A stretch of DNA of 64,000 nucleotides from Bugula neritina. Its lineage: Eukaryota > Animalia > Bryozoa. A model generated the notes under the pieces. That model searched no databases. It worked only from the letters and a program-made list of their open reading frames with translations, and was not told where the DNA came from. Shown one piece after another: positions 1 to 30,113 of the stretch. How positions within the stretch are numbered: the first letter of the stretch is position 1; the number at the start of each line of letters is the position of its first letter. Both the position numbers and the translations under genes were made by a program. The stretch spans positions 2,822,662-2,886,661 of the forward strand of contig OZ037770.1 in NCBI GenBank assembly GCA_964035545.1, in the 5' to 3' direction.

Positions 1-93
1 TTATTATGACACTGCTTTATGACACTTCAACCACCTGGCTGACCGTGTCACTACCTACATGACAGGTTGTATCAAGTGCTGTTTTGTATTCAG

Positions 94-16906
<16,813 letters not shown>

Positions 16907-17488
16907 TAGGGGAGAGTAACCCCATATTTTTATCAAATATAGTAGTCTGAAAAGCTAAGACATGTAGTGTAGGTCAATTTTTAGTGTAGTTTCAGTGTGG
17001 TAACAGTTGAGTGTGCTGATATATCAATATTCTATAATTATACTATTTGTATAGTGTAGTGTTTATACAAAGGATGTGATGTGCAGTGTTGTGACTGTTG
17101 CTTTTAGTAAGGGCACTCACTGTAAAGCCCGACTTCACTCATATAGGCCTCAGGCTAATTTTACTTCAGCGAGTCTTTACATGCCGTCCAATAAGCTTCA
17201 CTCTATATTGACTTCTTTTATTAGAGAATTTTACCTTCTAAAAATTATATTTCGGTGAAATACAACCAACTTTTACTTTTTTATTAAAAATAATCAACTT
17301 TTCATATGCATAAGTCCAAAGAATTGCCTGGAATTTCTATAAATTCAGTTGCGTATAGCGAGTAGTGGTTTATAGTTGCAACTCATTTGATGGTTTGTTT
17401 ATATTACAGTTTGAATATATTATTTATTGTCTGAATTTGATACTAGCTACAGTATTTTTTTCATTTATTTTATACTTCCTTGATCATA

Positions 17489-17494
17489 AATAAA
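17489..17494 (+). promoter_or_regulatory. Candidate poly(A) signal of the rootletin-like gene
   Basis: AATAAA about 580 nt after the stop codon. Opposite-strand signals (TTTATT) at 17531-17540 could serve the convergent gene. Confidence 0.4.
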
Positions 17495-17853
17495 AATCAA
17501 TCTTCGAAAGGCAACAATGCAGGTTTGAAGTTTATTTATTCAAAACAGAAATAAACTAAAAAATTTGAAGGTGAGTTTTACTCATAAATCAGTTGAATAT
17601 TTTAAAACAAGTATTAATTATAAGTGAAAATTTAACTTTATAAATCTATAAAAACATTCAATAGATCTAAAAGAAGATATAGAAGATATTATTTATGACT
17701 AATAAATATAATAATATATAGTCTATAAACACTTATATACAAATTACAAAATACAACTAGCAGACAACTTCCAATGATCTCTAAACTCATTACTAAAAGT
17801 AGACTTATTTCTAATTAGCAATAGTTTGACAACTCCATTTAGTTATAGGAAAA

Positions 17854-20800
17854 CTACATGGTTGTTCTCTTTCGATATGTATTGACGTCGCGGCGTATGA
17901 GGCTGGTGAGTTTGGTGAGGGAATCAGCACCCAGTGAGTCATAAGTGTTATCAGATTGAGTCTCCATCACATTCAGCTATTAACATATTTTCACATGTTG
18001 CACAAAGGAACCAAAGACACTACTATTCAGCACTAGAATTATCACCAAGCTTAATACATAATATCTTGGAGTTATTGCCCCACATCAAATACACTATTTG
18101 TTGAAACAAACTAAAAACGAGTATACAAAAACTTGGCTGAAAACATACAGTGCTCCCTTCATATCTCACGGTTCCATTTCTCACGGAACTTCAGATATCT
18201 TAGTGAGATATAGAGGGAGTACTGTAGCTTAGTGAGATACAGAGGGAGTACTGTAGCTTAGTGAGATACGGAGGGAGTACTGTAGCTTAGTGAGATATGG
18301 AGGGTGTAGCGAAATTAGCGCTACTTTGCTAAGCTATTTTAGCTACACTAAGAAAAGCTTTCTACAGCACAGCCAGTGCTAACTCTGGCATTTGGCAATA
18401 GTTGGTGCTAGTGAACTGGTGTAATTTTAAGAGAGCAAAATAAGTAAGTTATTTACATTAATTATATTGTTTCCTTTTTGTTGATTGTTTTTTGTTTATT
18501 AATGTTTATCCTGATCATGTAAGTTTGAACTGCAATAATTGTAGTCTTGACGATGTCAATAGGATGTCAATAGAAGTCAATGAGATCAACCAATGTATAT
18601 TAGAATAAAACATAATAATAAAGGACATCAGTGAAGAGTTAATGCTCAACTCAAAGGCTAGTTCACTACGGAGGGAGTACTGTAGCTTAGTGAGATATGG
18701 AGGGAGTACTGTAGCTTAGTGAGATATGGAGGGAGTACTGTAACTTAGTGAGATATGGAGGGAGTACTGTAACTTAGTGAGATATGGAGGGAGTACTGTA
18801 ACTTAGTGAGATACGGAGGGAGTACTGTAACTTAGTGAGATACGGAGGGAGTACTGTAGCTTAGTGAGATACGGAGGGAGTACTGTAGCTTAGTGAGATA
18901 TGGAGGGAGTACTGTAGTTTAGTGAGATACGGAGGGAGTACTGTAGTTTAGTGAGATACGGAGGGAGCACTCTATAATACTGTAGCTCTAAAGAATGATC
19001 CTAAGGCTGAACTATTTACCTGTCCTGCTGGGATCTGTAGACCGGTCCCTATGTTACTCTTGGCCCTCCGCCATATTTCATTGAGCTCTTCGTCAGCATC
19101 TTTGTCGTAGTTCCGTCTGTAGAGAACCGTGAAGTTCAAAGGTTTGGGAAATGGTTTCACGGAACTCAGTGTCTACATGGTAACACAAAGGTCTACGTTA
19201 TACAACAACAAAAAGGCGCAACTTTTTCTAACCACTTTAATAATATATTGCAGATTTTATTAGATTTAAAAGATTCGAATAATCAGTAGCTGTTGCCACT
19301 GTATTTCTATTTAGTACATAAAAACTACAGCCCAAAAGGCAATTCATAATACTGGCCCATTCAAATTATTGCTCATAAATTAGGAGTTATCCTCTTGTCC
19401 CTGGAAAATCTCAGCAATAGAAAAAATTATTGTGATTCCATTTCTTACAATCGCCAACAAGTGTGATAATTGGTGATAGTTGCAGCTCCGAGACAGAATA
19501 TAAAATAAAGAAAAGTATTTTCAACGCAAGGAGAAATTGGCAATGAGGTGGTGAAGCAGTGTAGGCAATAACATGAAAGAAATTCCATTGAAATTTACAA
19601 GTAAGAAATCAACCACAGGAGATGCAAATGGTAATAGACTGGGTAAATAGCAATGAACTAGGGAGCAGCTTTTCCATCAAAAATTCTCACAGGGATGTGA
19701 CCATAAACTTGTGTGAGTTTGTATAGCAATTTAATTGTACTCGTATTAGTACAACACCAAGTCATGTTTACTAGGCTGCCGGGAGTGATTTTAAAATTCA
19801 ATACATTTTTTTAAATAATAATTTTTTTAGAACTGGAAGTTACAAATATTTAGCTAAAATATTCAACATTTCAAACATTCTTTGAATATTTCGAAATACT
19901 CTGATACCATTATTATAATTTAAATTTGGAAATTATAGCAATATAGAGCACTTAACTACAATGAGAAGAACTATATACAAGTAAACTATAGAAGTGTTAA
20001 GGAAACGTGCCTTAATTTGTTGGATGGAGTCGAGAACCCCAGCTAACTCATCTACTGAAGACTTCAGGTGTTTCGGGTGACAAGCAAAGTGCATCTGCCT
20101 AGCGGTGATGTTAGCCTCTGCCGAGTGCGTCCAGTAGGGAGGGAGCTGAGACCAGCCCGTAACTAGAGAGAGTCTGTTGATTCCTAAGGCTCCGGTCAGC
20201 TGCTGAGTCTACAGCAGAAGAGATGAGTCATGGCTGAGTTATACAGATGTATCATACAGAAGAGATGAGTCATGGCTGAGCCATGCAGATGTATCATACA
20301 GAAGAGATGAGGGTGATTTTACTTATTTTAGTACACACTAGAAATCTCCAATTTCTAGCTATTTTTTACAATTTAGCTGCCAATGAATATGGGGTTTTGC
20401 CCAAAACTAGTAAAATATGAATGAACACACCTAAATAATCAAGGTTCTTGTTAATTTTCCTTGATTTCTCATGTTTTTTCCTAATTATTCAGCTGCTTTT
20501 GTTTGCAGAGTGTTATGAAAAAACCATAACTCTCAGAAATCAAAAGTAGCTGAAAAAAACATGGAAAATCAAGCAACATTAAAAATAACCTTGATTACTT
20601 AGGTGTATCCATTCATATTTTACTAGTTTTAGGCAAAACCTATATTCATTGGCAGCAAAATTGTAAAAAATAGCCAAAAACTGGAAATTTCCAGTGTACT
20701 AAACTCAGAAAAATGGCCCATGAGTCATGACTGAGTTATGCAGGCGTATCATACATAATATAAACTCACAAATCAAATGTAAGTTATCAACAGCAATCAT

Positions 20801-23800
20801 CAGATACAGATAAGAACAATTATTTTACAACAAATTTTATATCTAAAATAAATTAGATAATCAAAATCCGCATTTATTCGCACTGAAGAACTCATCCATA
20901 AAGAATTTACAACACCATGATGAAACATGACGTTGAGAATATCCTGCTGTAACAATTATGATCAGGTGCTCTTCTCGACACCACCAGTTACTGTGTTGGG
21001 GTTCAAAGCCATGACCCATCACACACGTATAATGAATAAACAACAAAAGATATTTAAAAGCTCAATGAAAATGAATTGTAAATAAATAATCATGCACTGT
21101 GCCACAACTAGAATTTCTAAGGTAAAGATATTTAATAAAGTTATTTAAAAATAAGTTTCAAAATGCACCAAACCTAAAAAAAAATTACTTGTGTCATAAA
21201 ATAATACTTGTATTAGAAATAAGTTTAAACAAATTTTCGATTGTGACGACAGAAAACTTTGAAAAAAAACACATATTTAACGCTTTCTCTCTGCATAGAA
21301 AGGAACTAGAATCTAAATGCAAAATAAAACGGCTAATTTTCATGTGAAAAGCACACAACTACAACAGTATTTCCCACAATTAAACTTACACTCTGCCCTC
21401 TCCTAACTTAGCATGAAATGTTATCCAGGAGACAGAAATTTCAAAGAAGAATAAATCAACTTGCATCATTACGCACAAAAAGTAGCTGCATGGTGTATCA
21501 GCAAAAGTCAAACAGCCAGTACGGAAGGAAGGGGTGGTTAGCCAGACAAGAGAACTTTCTAGAGCACGTACTTGCATGGGGAAAAGAATATCCCTCTGCC
21601 AGTGGTGGAGCCAGCGTTGTGAAGTGAACAGCTCCGCACTCAGGGGGTCTATTAGTATGACGGAGAGAATCTGCTTGTCAAACATGTGGGCATAGAACCT
21701 GCAAACAGACACCAGTTTGGTCTAAGTAGCTGAATGAATTGCTATTTGCTTGACAGCGGTGTTAACATAACTGATCCAGTAGCAAGTATGTCATGTTATG
21801 AGTGAGGCAATTACTAATATATTACATTTTACTGATAATACATTAAGCATTTAAAAAAAAAATAAATCAAAATTTGAAAATATTTGAAATAAATTTAATA
21901 TTTCAAATATTTTAATTATGTTGACTGAGTAAGGAATGTCGTGAAGCCATAAAAACCTTGAAATTAGTTTCACAACATCTTTAGATGTGATCATCACTCT
22001 ATTTCAGTCATACAGCCTGGGGACCTACACTAACCCATCTAGAGGTGCGGCAAGAGCACGACTCGGGCTTAGAAAGAGCACAGAGTGACGACACTCGGGC
22101 TCAGAGGTACTTAGGAAAGCCTGAGATCCTATGCCATTTGTCGACCCACCCGTACCTAGACACGAGGGCCCCAAACTCCAGCCCGACAAGTATGAAGGGC
22201 TGAGGCTGGGAACTGGTCTCCGAGATGAGTCGCTTCAAGTCGTCGGCCATCTTTTCCACGGTGAACTCTTGACCTCTAATGGATTCCCTGGACGAAGTTG
22301 TCTTCTCGTCTGAAGAGAGAATACTCACATGTGAGTTATAGCCTGTGTGCTATATACACAGTAACTAAGCATACTTTAACACATGTATATAAAAATACAA
22401 AACAATATTGTGACACAGGCTATACGTATTGTGATTACATACTTTATGTTTAGTCATAAGAATAAGCTGCGATACATTTAATCACTGTGATAACCCCAGC
22501 CTATTACAAAAAGTTTATGCTATGCTAAGAATTTTCAGGGCTACACTTTCAATTAACACTGAAATTTCATAAAATAGCAAAATTATTAATCAGAGACCAC
22601 AGACTAAAAGTCAACATTTACAACTTGACACTTTTTATTCTGATTGAATATGCTGTATCAGCCTGACAGTCCTACTTCACTGTGCCTGGAGTTATTTTTA
22701 TATAATTCAATAAATGACAAAACACTCCTAACAAACTCTAAACTAGTAGCAGTTCATCTTTCACTTGAACTGATGGGCAAACAGGATTTCCTATTTTACA
22801 TTTTATATAAAAAACAATCCTTCAAACAAATTATTTTCTCCACTCACTCTTAGAGTTCATAACTTTATGCCTCCAAACCAACTGCTTTGTGGATGTATAA
22901 AAGAAGTTTTTAGTCTCAATGAGAAGATTATAGATGCAGTTTGGTAAAATAGAGATGCTAATACAGGAAGTGTTGTATGACTCACCATCATCACGGAGGA
23001 AACTGGAGGTAGGGGTGGGCCGGTCACTGAAACCTATGCCAGCTCTATCATACACACATACTCTAGTAAATCTACTCAGCTGTGGCGTTACAGCACTCCA
23101 GATATCTGATACTGTGCCTGTCAGTATAGCAAGGTTATGGTGAGTTTATAAGTTGAAAGAATTTACTGTCAGGAATATCTGATCATAGAATGGAGATACT
23201 GGTTAGCACAGCTCTCAAAGGAATACACACACTACTCCATATTCAAGTAAGTTAACAGTCTATAGAATACAACTACACCTGGTAAAGTCATTTTATAGAT
23301 TCACAGTAATATTATCGTGTAATAATGTTATATTATACGCTACATTATTATATAATATAGTAATATATTTTATCATTATTTTATACATTATATTATTATA
23401 TGATGTTTTATAGACTATATCAAATATTATACATTACATTAATAAATAATATATAATACACTGAATTATTTACACACAAAATGAAGGAATTTTGAAGGTT
23501 ATCAAATATGACCTTGAAATAAAAAAGCTATATCTATCTAATCCACTTGTCATGGAAAATGTGCAGCAGGAAAATAAACTCCATGCTGCATCAGGGCAAA
23601 GGTCACATATCGAACTCAATAATTATATAAAATTGAATACCCTTTTTTGGGTATTTTCATCTTCATATATTAAATAATATATATTTACAAAACAGTGTGC
23701 CACAATTACAATTCAGTGAATTACAGGCTATTTATAGATAATTCTAATGGCAAATAAAATAACTTTTAGGAGTTGTCTGTAGCTGATAAAATTATTCTGG

Positions 23801-24664
23801 TAGCAAATGAATCCAAACAATGCCTTTAAATTAAAGAATCTAAATAGAGATTTTTCAGAAAAAAAATTATTTTCAAACTGGCTACAATACTGAGCTGCAC
23901 ATGAAATTTCCCTTCACCTTACCAGCCGGACTTTCCAAAATGACTGTAGGAGCCCCTTTGCCTGTGCAGTGTAGCATTAGCCGTTGCCCTTGACCTATAT
24001 CATAGAGTAGAGCTGTGGGAGGTAGCAAGGCTGTGTGTTCACTCTTCAGACTGGTGTAGTTAAGTAGAGGTGGTATCACTACGGCTATGAGTACCCACTT
24101 CAGTACATTCCACACGCCCATAACACATCTGAAACATACTTTACATGCACTACTTTTCTATACACCAAATAGAAAACCACACGTTTCTATGGTTATTTTA
24201 TAAGAATTGTCTTTCATCCAAAGAAGACAACTCCAAATCATTTCGTAAGTAATATACATAATCTCGTCACTGCATCACAATTACTGCTTCAAATGGTTGG
24301 CATTAACTTACATAGATGTTTCAATGAATGCAACTAATATTTAAGAAAAACATCCAACAAGGATCCACGAGAGATAGGTTTTTGAAAAAAAACAATTTAC
24401 TTCAGCATAATTTAAAGTCAGCTAATGATGTGTTATTATAGTAAAACAGAATTTAAAGTCAGCTAATGATTTATAATAGTAAAATAGAATTTAAAGTCAG
24501 CTAATGATGTTTTATTATAGTTAAGAAGCTAACTTGAAGCAGCAGCTGGAAGATGAGGACTTGGTATCATCACTGATTGATTCTGAACTGTTTGAAGATC
24601 TGTTGATATGACCATTCTTTATGCCGGACACAGCCTTGCGCTGTTTCACTGTAGATGTTGGCAT
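17854..24664 (-). CDS. Alpha/beta-hydrolase-fold protein with N-terminal hydrophobic segment, ~407 aa, 8 coding exons
   Basis: Exons 24664-24534, 24128-23923, 23117-22986, 22309-22156, 21698-21572, 20208-20011, 19172-19020 and 17976-17854 join in frame (1224 nt). Motifs: LHCTGKGAPTVILE, TRVCVYDRAGIGFSD, PFILVGLEFGALVSR, VILIDP. Confidence 0.85.
18148..18972 (-). repeat. Short Tc1/mariner-type MITE (18148-18224) with 29-bp TIR-derived tandem arrays (to ~18305 and ~18667-18972)
   Basis: TA|CAGTGCTCCCTTCATATCTCAC ... GTGAGATATAGAGGGAGTACTG|TA followed by repeats of GCTTAGTGAGATAYGGAGGGAGTACTGTA. Confidence 0.8.
20311..20719. mobile_element. MITE family A copy inserted in a ~41-bp tandem repeat
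   Basis: GGGTGATTTTACTTATTTTAGTACACACTAGAAATCTCC ... CTGGAAATTTCCAGTGTACTAAACTCAGAAAAATGGCCC. It interrupts the third unit of CAGAAGAGATGAGTCATGGCTGAG... Confidence 0.82.
24409..24521 (+). repeat. ~40-bp tandem repeat, 3 units (AATTTAAAGTCAGCTAATGAT...)
   Basis: Directly visible in the hydrolase-gene intron. Confidence 0.8.
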
Positions 24665-27600
24665 GGAGCCTGTAATTCATGTACTTGGATATATATGGTC
24701 AACAGCCGAATCACAGGTACATCAATATTAATATAGTGTGATAATATAATATGTGAAAATACAATTTATAATATAATAAAAATATCACACTATATGTGAT
24801 AGAATAATGTGAAAATATGTGATATCACAAAATACAAAGTAAATTTAAACTTTAAGTCTTGGTTTATCACTAAAAATAAAATGAATATAAGTTTAACTGA
24901 ATGAAAATTAAACTTAAACTCAACTTAAAGTGAATTTTAAGTTTATGCTTAAAATTAACTCAATAATTAAGTGGGAATAAAAACGATTACATTATCGTAA
25001 TCAGTAATTATCATATTCATTATGATTATCATTATGATTATCTTGAAGCTTTAATTTTGTTTTAGTTTTACTTTTAGGAATTGGTGATCACATTCAATTT
25101 TACTGATCAGATTCAAATGATGACATTCAATTTAATGATTATTATCATAATTATAATCATAATATAAATATTATTAAATGAAAATCATAATCATAATGAT
25201 AAAATTAAAAGTAAAACACTATAAATTTGATTATAAATCAAAACACTGTGATTTTAACAGAATACAAGCCTAGGATGAAGTTTAACTATTACAGTTAACG
25301 TTAATGTTAACTCATTTTAATTCTCATTATGATTATCATTATGAGTATATCATTGTCATTATAATTGCGTGATTGTCATTCATACTCATTGTATGTAGCA
25401 GAGACTTGTCCACGATCACGTTTATCACAGAAACCAGAAACTAGCAGAAATTACTTAAATGGAGTAGACGGAATATGATGGTCGGAGTTCCAAGCACTTT
25501 CGCAAAGTTTGAAAACGGTCGCTTTATCGTTAATGCAGCAAAGTTCAAATGAATGTAGTGAGAAATCTAGTCTCTATCCAGGTGTGATATATCCGGTTAC
25601 GCTTGCAGTAGTATCAACTGATGCTGATGCTCTATAGTTACAGTCAAGGCGGCTTTAGCATTTACTTCAAATTTTGAAATTTAGTATCAATACCGATGTC
25701 AAATAGGAATGGGGGTGAATTTCGTTAAAATTTATCTAGCTAGTTTAACAAACATCAAATCACTCATTATTCATTACTTATTAGTCCTCACAGTCACTCA
25801 TTACAGTTACTCATTAGTCATTACTGATTACTCATTTACATTAGTGATTAGTCAATGTCATTACTCATTACTCATTAGTCATTAGATTTAGTCATTATCA
25901 TTATGATTAGTTGAACTTGATGTAGACCATTATTCATTAGTCATTAGTGATTAGTCATTAGACTTACTCTTAATTATTAGTGATTACTGATTAGCTATTA
26001 GGCTTAGCCTTAGGCTAATGAATAAAAGTAAATAAAAATATAATTATAATCATAATCATAATGATAGTGATAATGACTAAAATCCAAATGATTAGCTTTG
26101 CTCAAACTCAGTCTCACTGAGTGAGAGTCACAACTTTAAGTCATTTTCTTTAGGTTTATGATTATCATTATCAGGATATCTCTGTATAATTTAGTTATTC
26201 TTATCACCACTTTTACTTTATCATTGCCCTTACATTTACTCTAACTCTTGGTCTTAAAGCTAAGCTGTAAGCATTAAGTGATTAACTTGCACATCAAAGT
26301 TAATCGAAATTTGTAAAATTTTCTTATATACTTATAGTTAATCAGGTATACTTGAAGTATAACTAATAGTGTTAAACTTAATGTTATAATTATACTAAAT
26401 CTAATGCTTATAGCTAGACTTATACTAATACATTAACTTAACTTGTACTTATACTATCACTTATGCCTATATTTATAATTAATTTACGTACTGTTTTAGT
26501 GTTAGTCACTTACTACTTAGTCTTGTGTCTCAGTGTTTGCAATAGTTACACTCATACTGAAGGAAAGCCAATATCTAGAACTAAAAGTTGGAAAAATATT
26601 TTATGAGTATCTGAATTTTTCAAACCTTATTATTAATTTTGAATAGCTCATAAAAACTAAGATGACTAGTAACGATTGTTATACTAGTTAATAATTCAAC
26701 TGCAGAGCATCATGAACATTATTATCATAGTCATAGTGTATTAATTAAACTTGACTAATTGTTATAGACTCAAGTTAGTATTATAGTGATTATACCCATA
26801 GTGATAGTATCAATAATTATATTGATACTAATACTCAATATGGTTGCCAGTGTAGATGCTTTAGTGTGTTATGGTATGATAGTCAGCTACAATGACACTA
26901 ATAGGGATTTTCCCAATGCCACTATATTTGGGTTTTGGATTTGCCACACAATGCTGCTCATTTGTTAGACTTTCAAAAGCATTAGCAATTATTTTCGATA
27001 ACTCATATTTTGTTTTCAATAATTACTCCTGTACCATAGTTTTTAAATGGAGTTAAAGGAGGGTTTCCTCTGTGGCACAGGAGCAATTATACAATTATGT
27101 TTAGTAAATAATTTCATCACTAATTATGAAAGCAAATTTTTGTATTTATGTGTACAAAAAAAGACATTAGTTTAAATGTAAGCAGTTTTAGTATTCATAA
27201 TTTTTGTTCAGATTTATATATATATAATTTTAAAAAAAGTCAAGTCTAATCAAGCAGCTGTTCCTGGCTTGAATTCTTTGTCCACAAAAATGTTTTTCCT
27301 AAAACTAATTTTCATTTTTGTTCTGAAAATATTCCACCACATAATGGGTGATGAAAGATTATTTTAGTGTTTATTTGCTAGGAAAATAGTAACACAAACA
27401 TGTCCAAAATAAGTACTACAGAACCTCACATATTCGTTTCATGAGACAGTTTTAGTCTTTTTTATTTCATCTCCAGATATTCTGATGTTAGCTAGACTCA
27501 GTAAATTTCAAGCTTCTCATTGAACTACATAATATATTCTAAACATCAAGAAACCTTCACCCTGAATTGCTGTCATTTGATAAGTTGCCAGTTCTGCTGA

Positions 27601-27726
27601 CATAATATTTAGACAAGACATAGCAATTCAGATGGTTTTGGAAGGTAACTTGTTGTCTGGGTTGGTTGGTGATTACATCAGCAAATATCTGTTTCTTGTT
27701 TTCTTTGTTTGCAATCACTGCTTTGT

Positions 27727-27737
27727 ACTACTACTAG

Positions 27738-27781
<44 letters not shown>

Positions 27782-27794
27782 GTACTACTACTAG

Positions 27795-27843
<49 letters not shown>

Positions 27844-27967
27844 GCTACTACTACTACTACTAACACTACTACTACTGCTACTAGTACTACTTCTAATATT
27901 AGTACTACTACTAGTACTACTGCTACTGCTACTACTACTACTGCTACTACTACTATTACTACTACTA

Positions 27968-27999
<32 letters not shown>

Positions 28000-28016
28000 A
28001 CTACTACTACTATTAG

Positions 28017-28074
<58 letters not shown>

Positions 28075-28099
28075 GCTACTACCGCTACTACTACTACTA
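27727..28099. repeat. (ACT)n microsatellite, imperfect
   Basis: Directly visible. Confidence 0.95.
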
Positions 28100-28863
28100 G
28101 CACACCTGCAGGCCCTCTATCTGATACTGCCATAGAATATTTAACAAACAAACTGCTAATTAATAGACTCCTACACTTACATAACGAATTAGTCAGACTA
28201 ATTTCCTTGCCACTGATTACTTGCTGCAAGGTTATTGAGCCTGTAATCCTCTATCAGACCTACTCTACTTCAGCCATTCATAGCTCACATTGACTAATAG
28301 TTTCTCAATCATAGTCTGGAATGTCTAATTTGATTGAAATTGTGTCTAGTGGTAGTTTATAGTGTCAGCTGCTAGTTTGAGGGAGCTAAGTACAGTCCTT
28401 GTTTTATTGTCATTAGTAGGTAAAAGTGTATACACACTACATGCTCAGTAGCAGTAAAGAATAATTTAGTTGGACTTATGATGTAGTGTGTGCTTCCCTC
28501 TGAACATGTGCAGAGCACCTGGTAGCACCTGCTAATTGCCCTCTTTGATGAGTAAAAGTGCTGTAGTTTGGCCTGTCATTGGTCACTGACCTCTCACCTC
28601 ATTTACTAGGTTAAATATGACCTCTAGCTCACTTAATATTATGATAATGATGATTATAATGATTACTTATTGTCAGGATTATGGCACTTCATAGGACATG
28701 ATGAAATATGATTTCCATGTATGGTCATCACTTTATTTTCAGCACTATATTTACATTTATAAAGGTTCTATTTGTATTTATGGAAGTTTTAAAGAAATAT
28801 ATTATATAATATAAAATACCTAAATATTTTATTTTTACAGTTGGGTGTATTTGCTTTTATACT

Positions 28864-28935
28864 ATATACACCAGCTTTCCATAGATCGATCTGAGCACGT
28901 TTCTCAGATCGATCTATGGAAAGCCGGTGGTATAT
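28864..28935. repeat. Near-perfect inverted repeat / hairpin (~27-bp stem)
   Basis: CACCAGCTTTCCATAGATCGATCTGAG-cacgttt-CTCAGATCGATCTATGGAAAGCCGGTG. Confidence 0.9.
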
Positions 28936-29665
28936 GGCAGGGTAATAATATATTTAACTAACACCTCCGTTATTATATAATGAGTAATATATTTACCATT
29001 TATCTGTAACCTACTGACTAAAAAGTGATTATAATAATTAAAGGCTATGGAATCAGAACTCATGCTAATTGGCTCTAGTTTTACTCAGAGTTCTGTTGAT
29101 AACCAACAGCATATGTATACCATATACCAACATTGACTGTGCTTTATGACCAACCCAAGTGCAAAATCTCATATTTTAATTATGTTATCAGCTGCAACTT
29201 CATCAGTTTTACTGTATTTGTGTTTATTTACATGTCCTGGTTTAGTGTTTATGTAATATATTTACATATTTGTTAGTGTTTATATAATATATTTACATAA
29301 TTATTTGTTAGTGTTTGTGCTGGTCATGCTCATTGAACAAATTCTCTGGAATGTTCTACGAGAATGTAACTTTAGGAATCACTTGATAATCTGATTCCCT
29401 TATCTAATCTTTTCTGGTAATACTTTAATAGTGTGATCTATCTAAAGCACTACTGTACTACTCTGAATACTAATACAGTGTGACAATAACTGAGACTACC
29501 TCAGGGTGTATAGCTGGTCTAGTATTACTACTATTCTAACAAGTAATTATAATGATGGCAAACAAGTTAATTCATACAAACATATTTTGTCAAAACAGCT
29601 GATAAAAAGATGATTAGTAGAAGGGAATGTGTCAAATATTTGTAAAAGAAGACGATCATTTGAAA

Positions 29666-30113
29666 GGTGTCATCCCAGTTAGACGCTAGGCTAAATTTCC
29701 CACTTAGACGCTTCCCAGTTAGGTGCTGTTTATTTATCTTGGTACAATATATATTCTATGTGCAATTTACTTGAATATTATTGAAATATATGTATAAACT
29801 TGGATTAATTGCTTGTTATTTAGCACTTAAATAATTTTCTTTGATCTGCATTAACTTTTTAATTTTGCATTTTCTATGCTTCTAGTTGTTTAAAAAGATA
29901 TTTTGTTAACAAGTATTCGTTAAAGATCATACCTATTATTAATGTATTACTGTTTTTTCCATACACATATCTATGAAAATTGGAATATTATCCCAGATAA
30001 TTTATATTAGCTATTAGCTATAGCTATTTAGTAATCAATGCAGCATTTATATAGGCATGTTACTATATGTAGTTACACCAAAATAAAAGATAGCGTTTAA
30101 CTGAGATGAAACC
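29666..30113. mobile_element. Non-autonomous TIR element with 8-bp TSD (Merlin-like ends)
   Basis: ATTTGAAA|GGTGTCATCCCAGTTAGACGCTA ... TAGCGTTTAACTGAGATGAAACC|ATTTGAAA, with three subterminal CCCASTTAG repeats. Confidence 0.75.

Noticed and set aside
27632-28293. Poly-L/T/V ORFs
   Set aside because: (ACT)n microsatellite.
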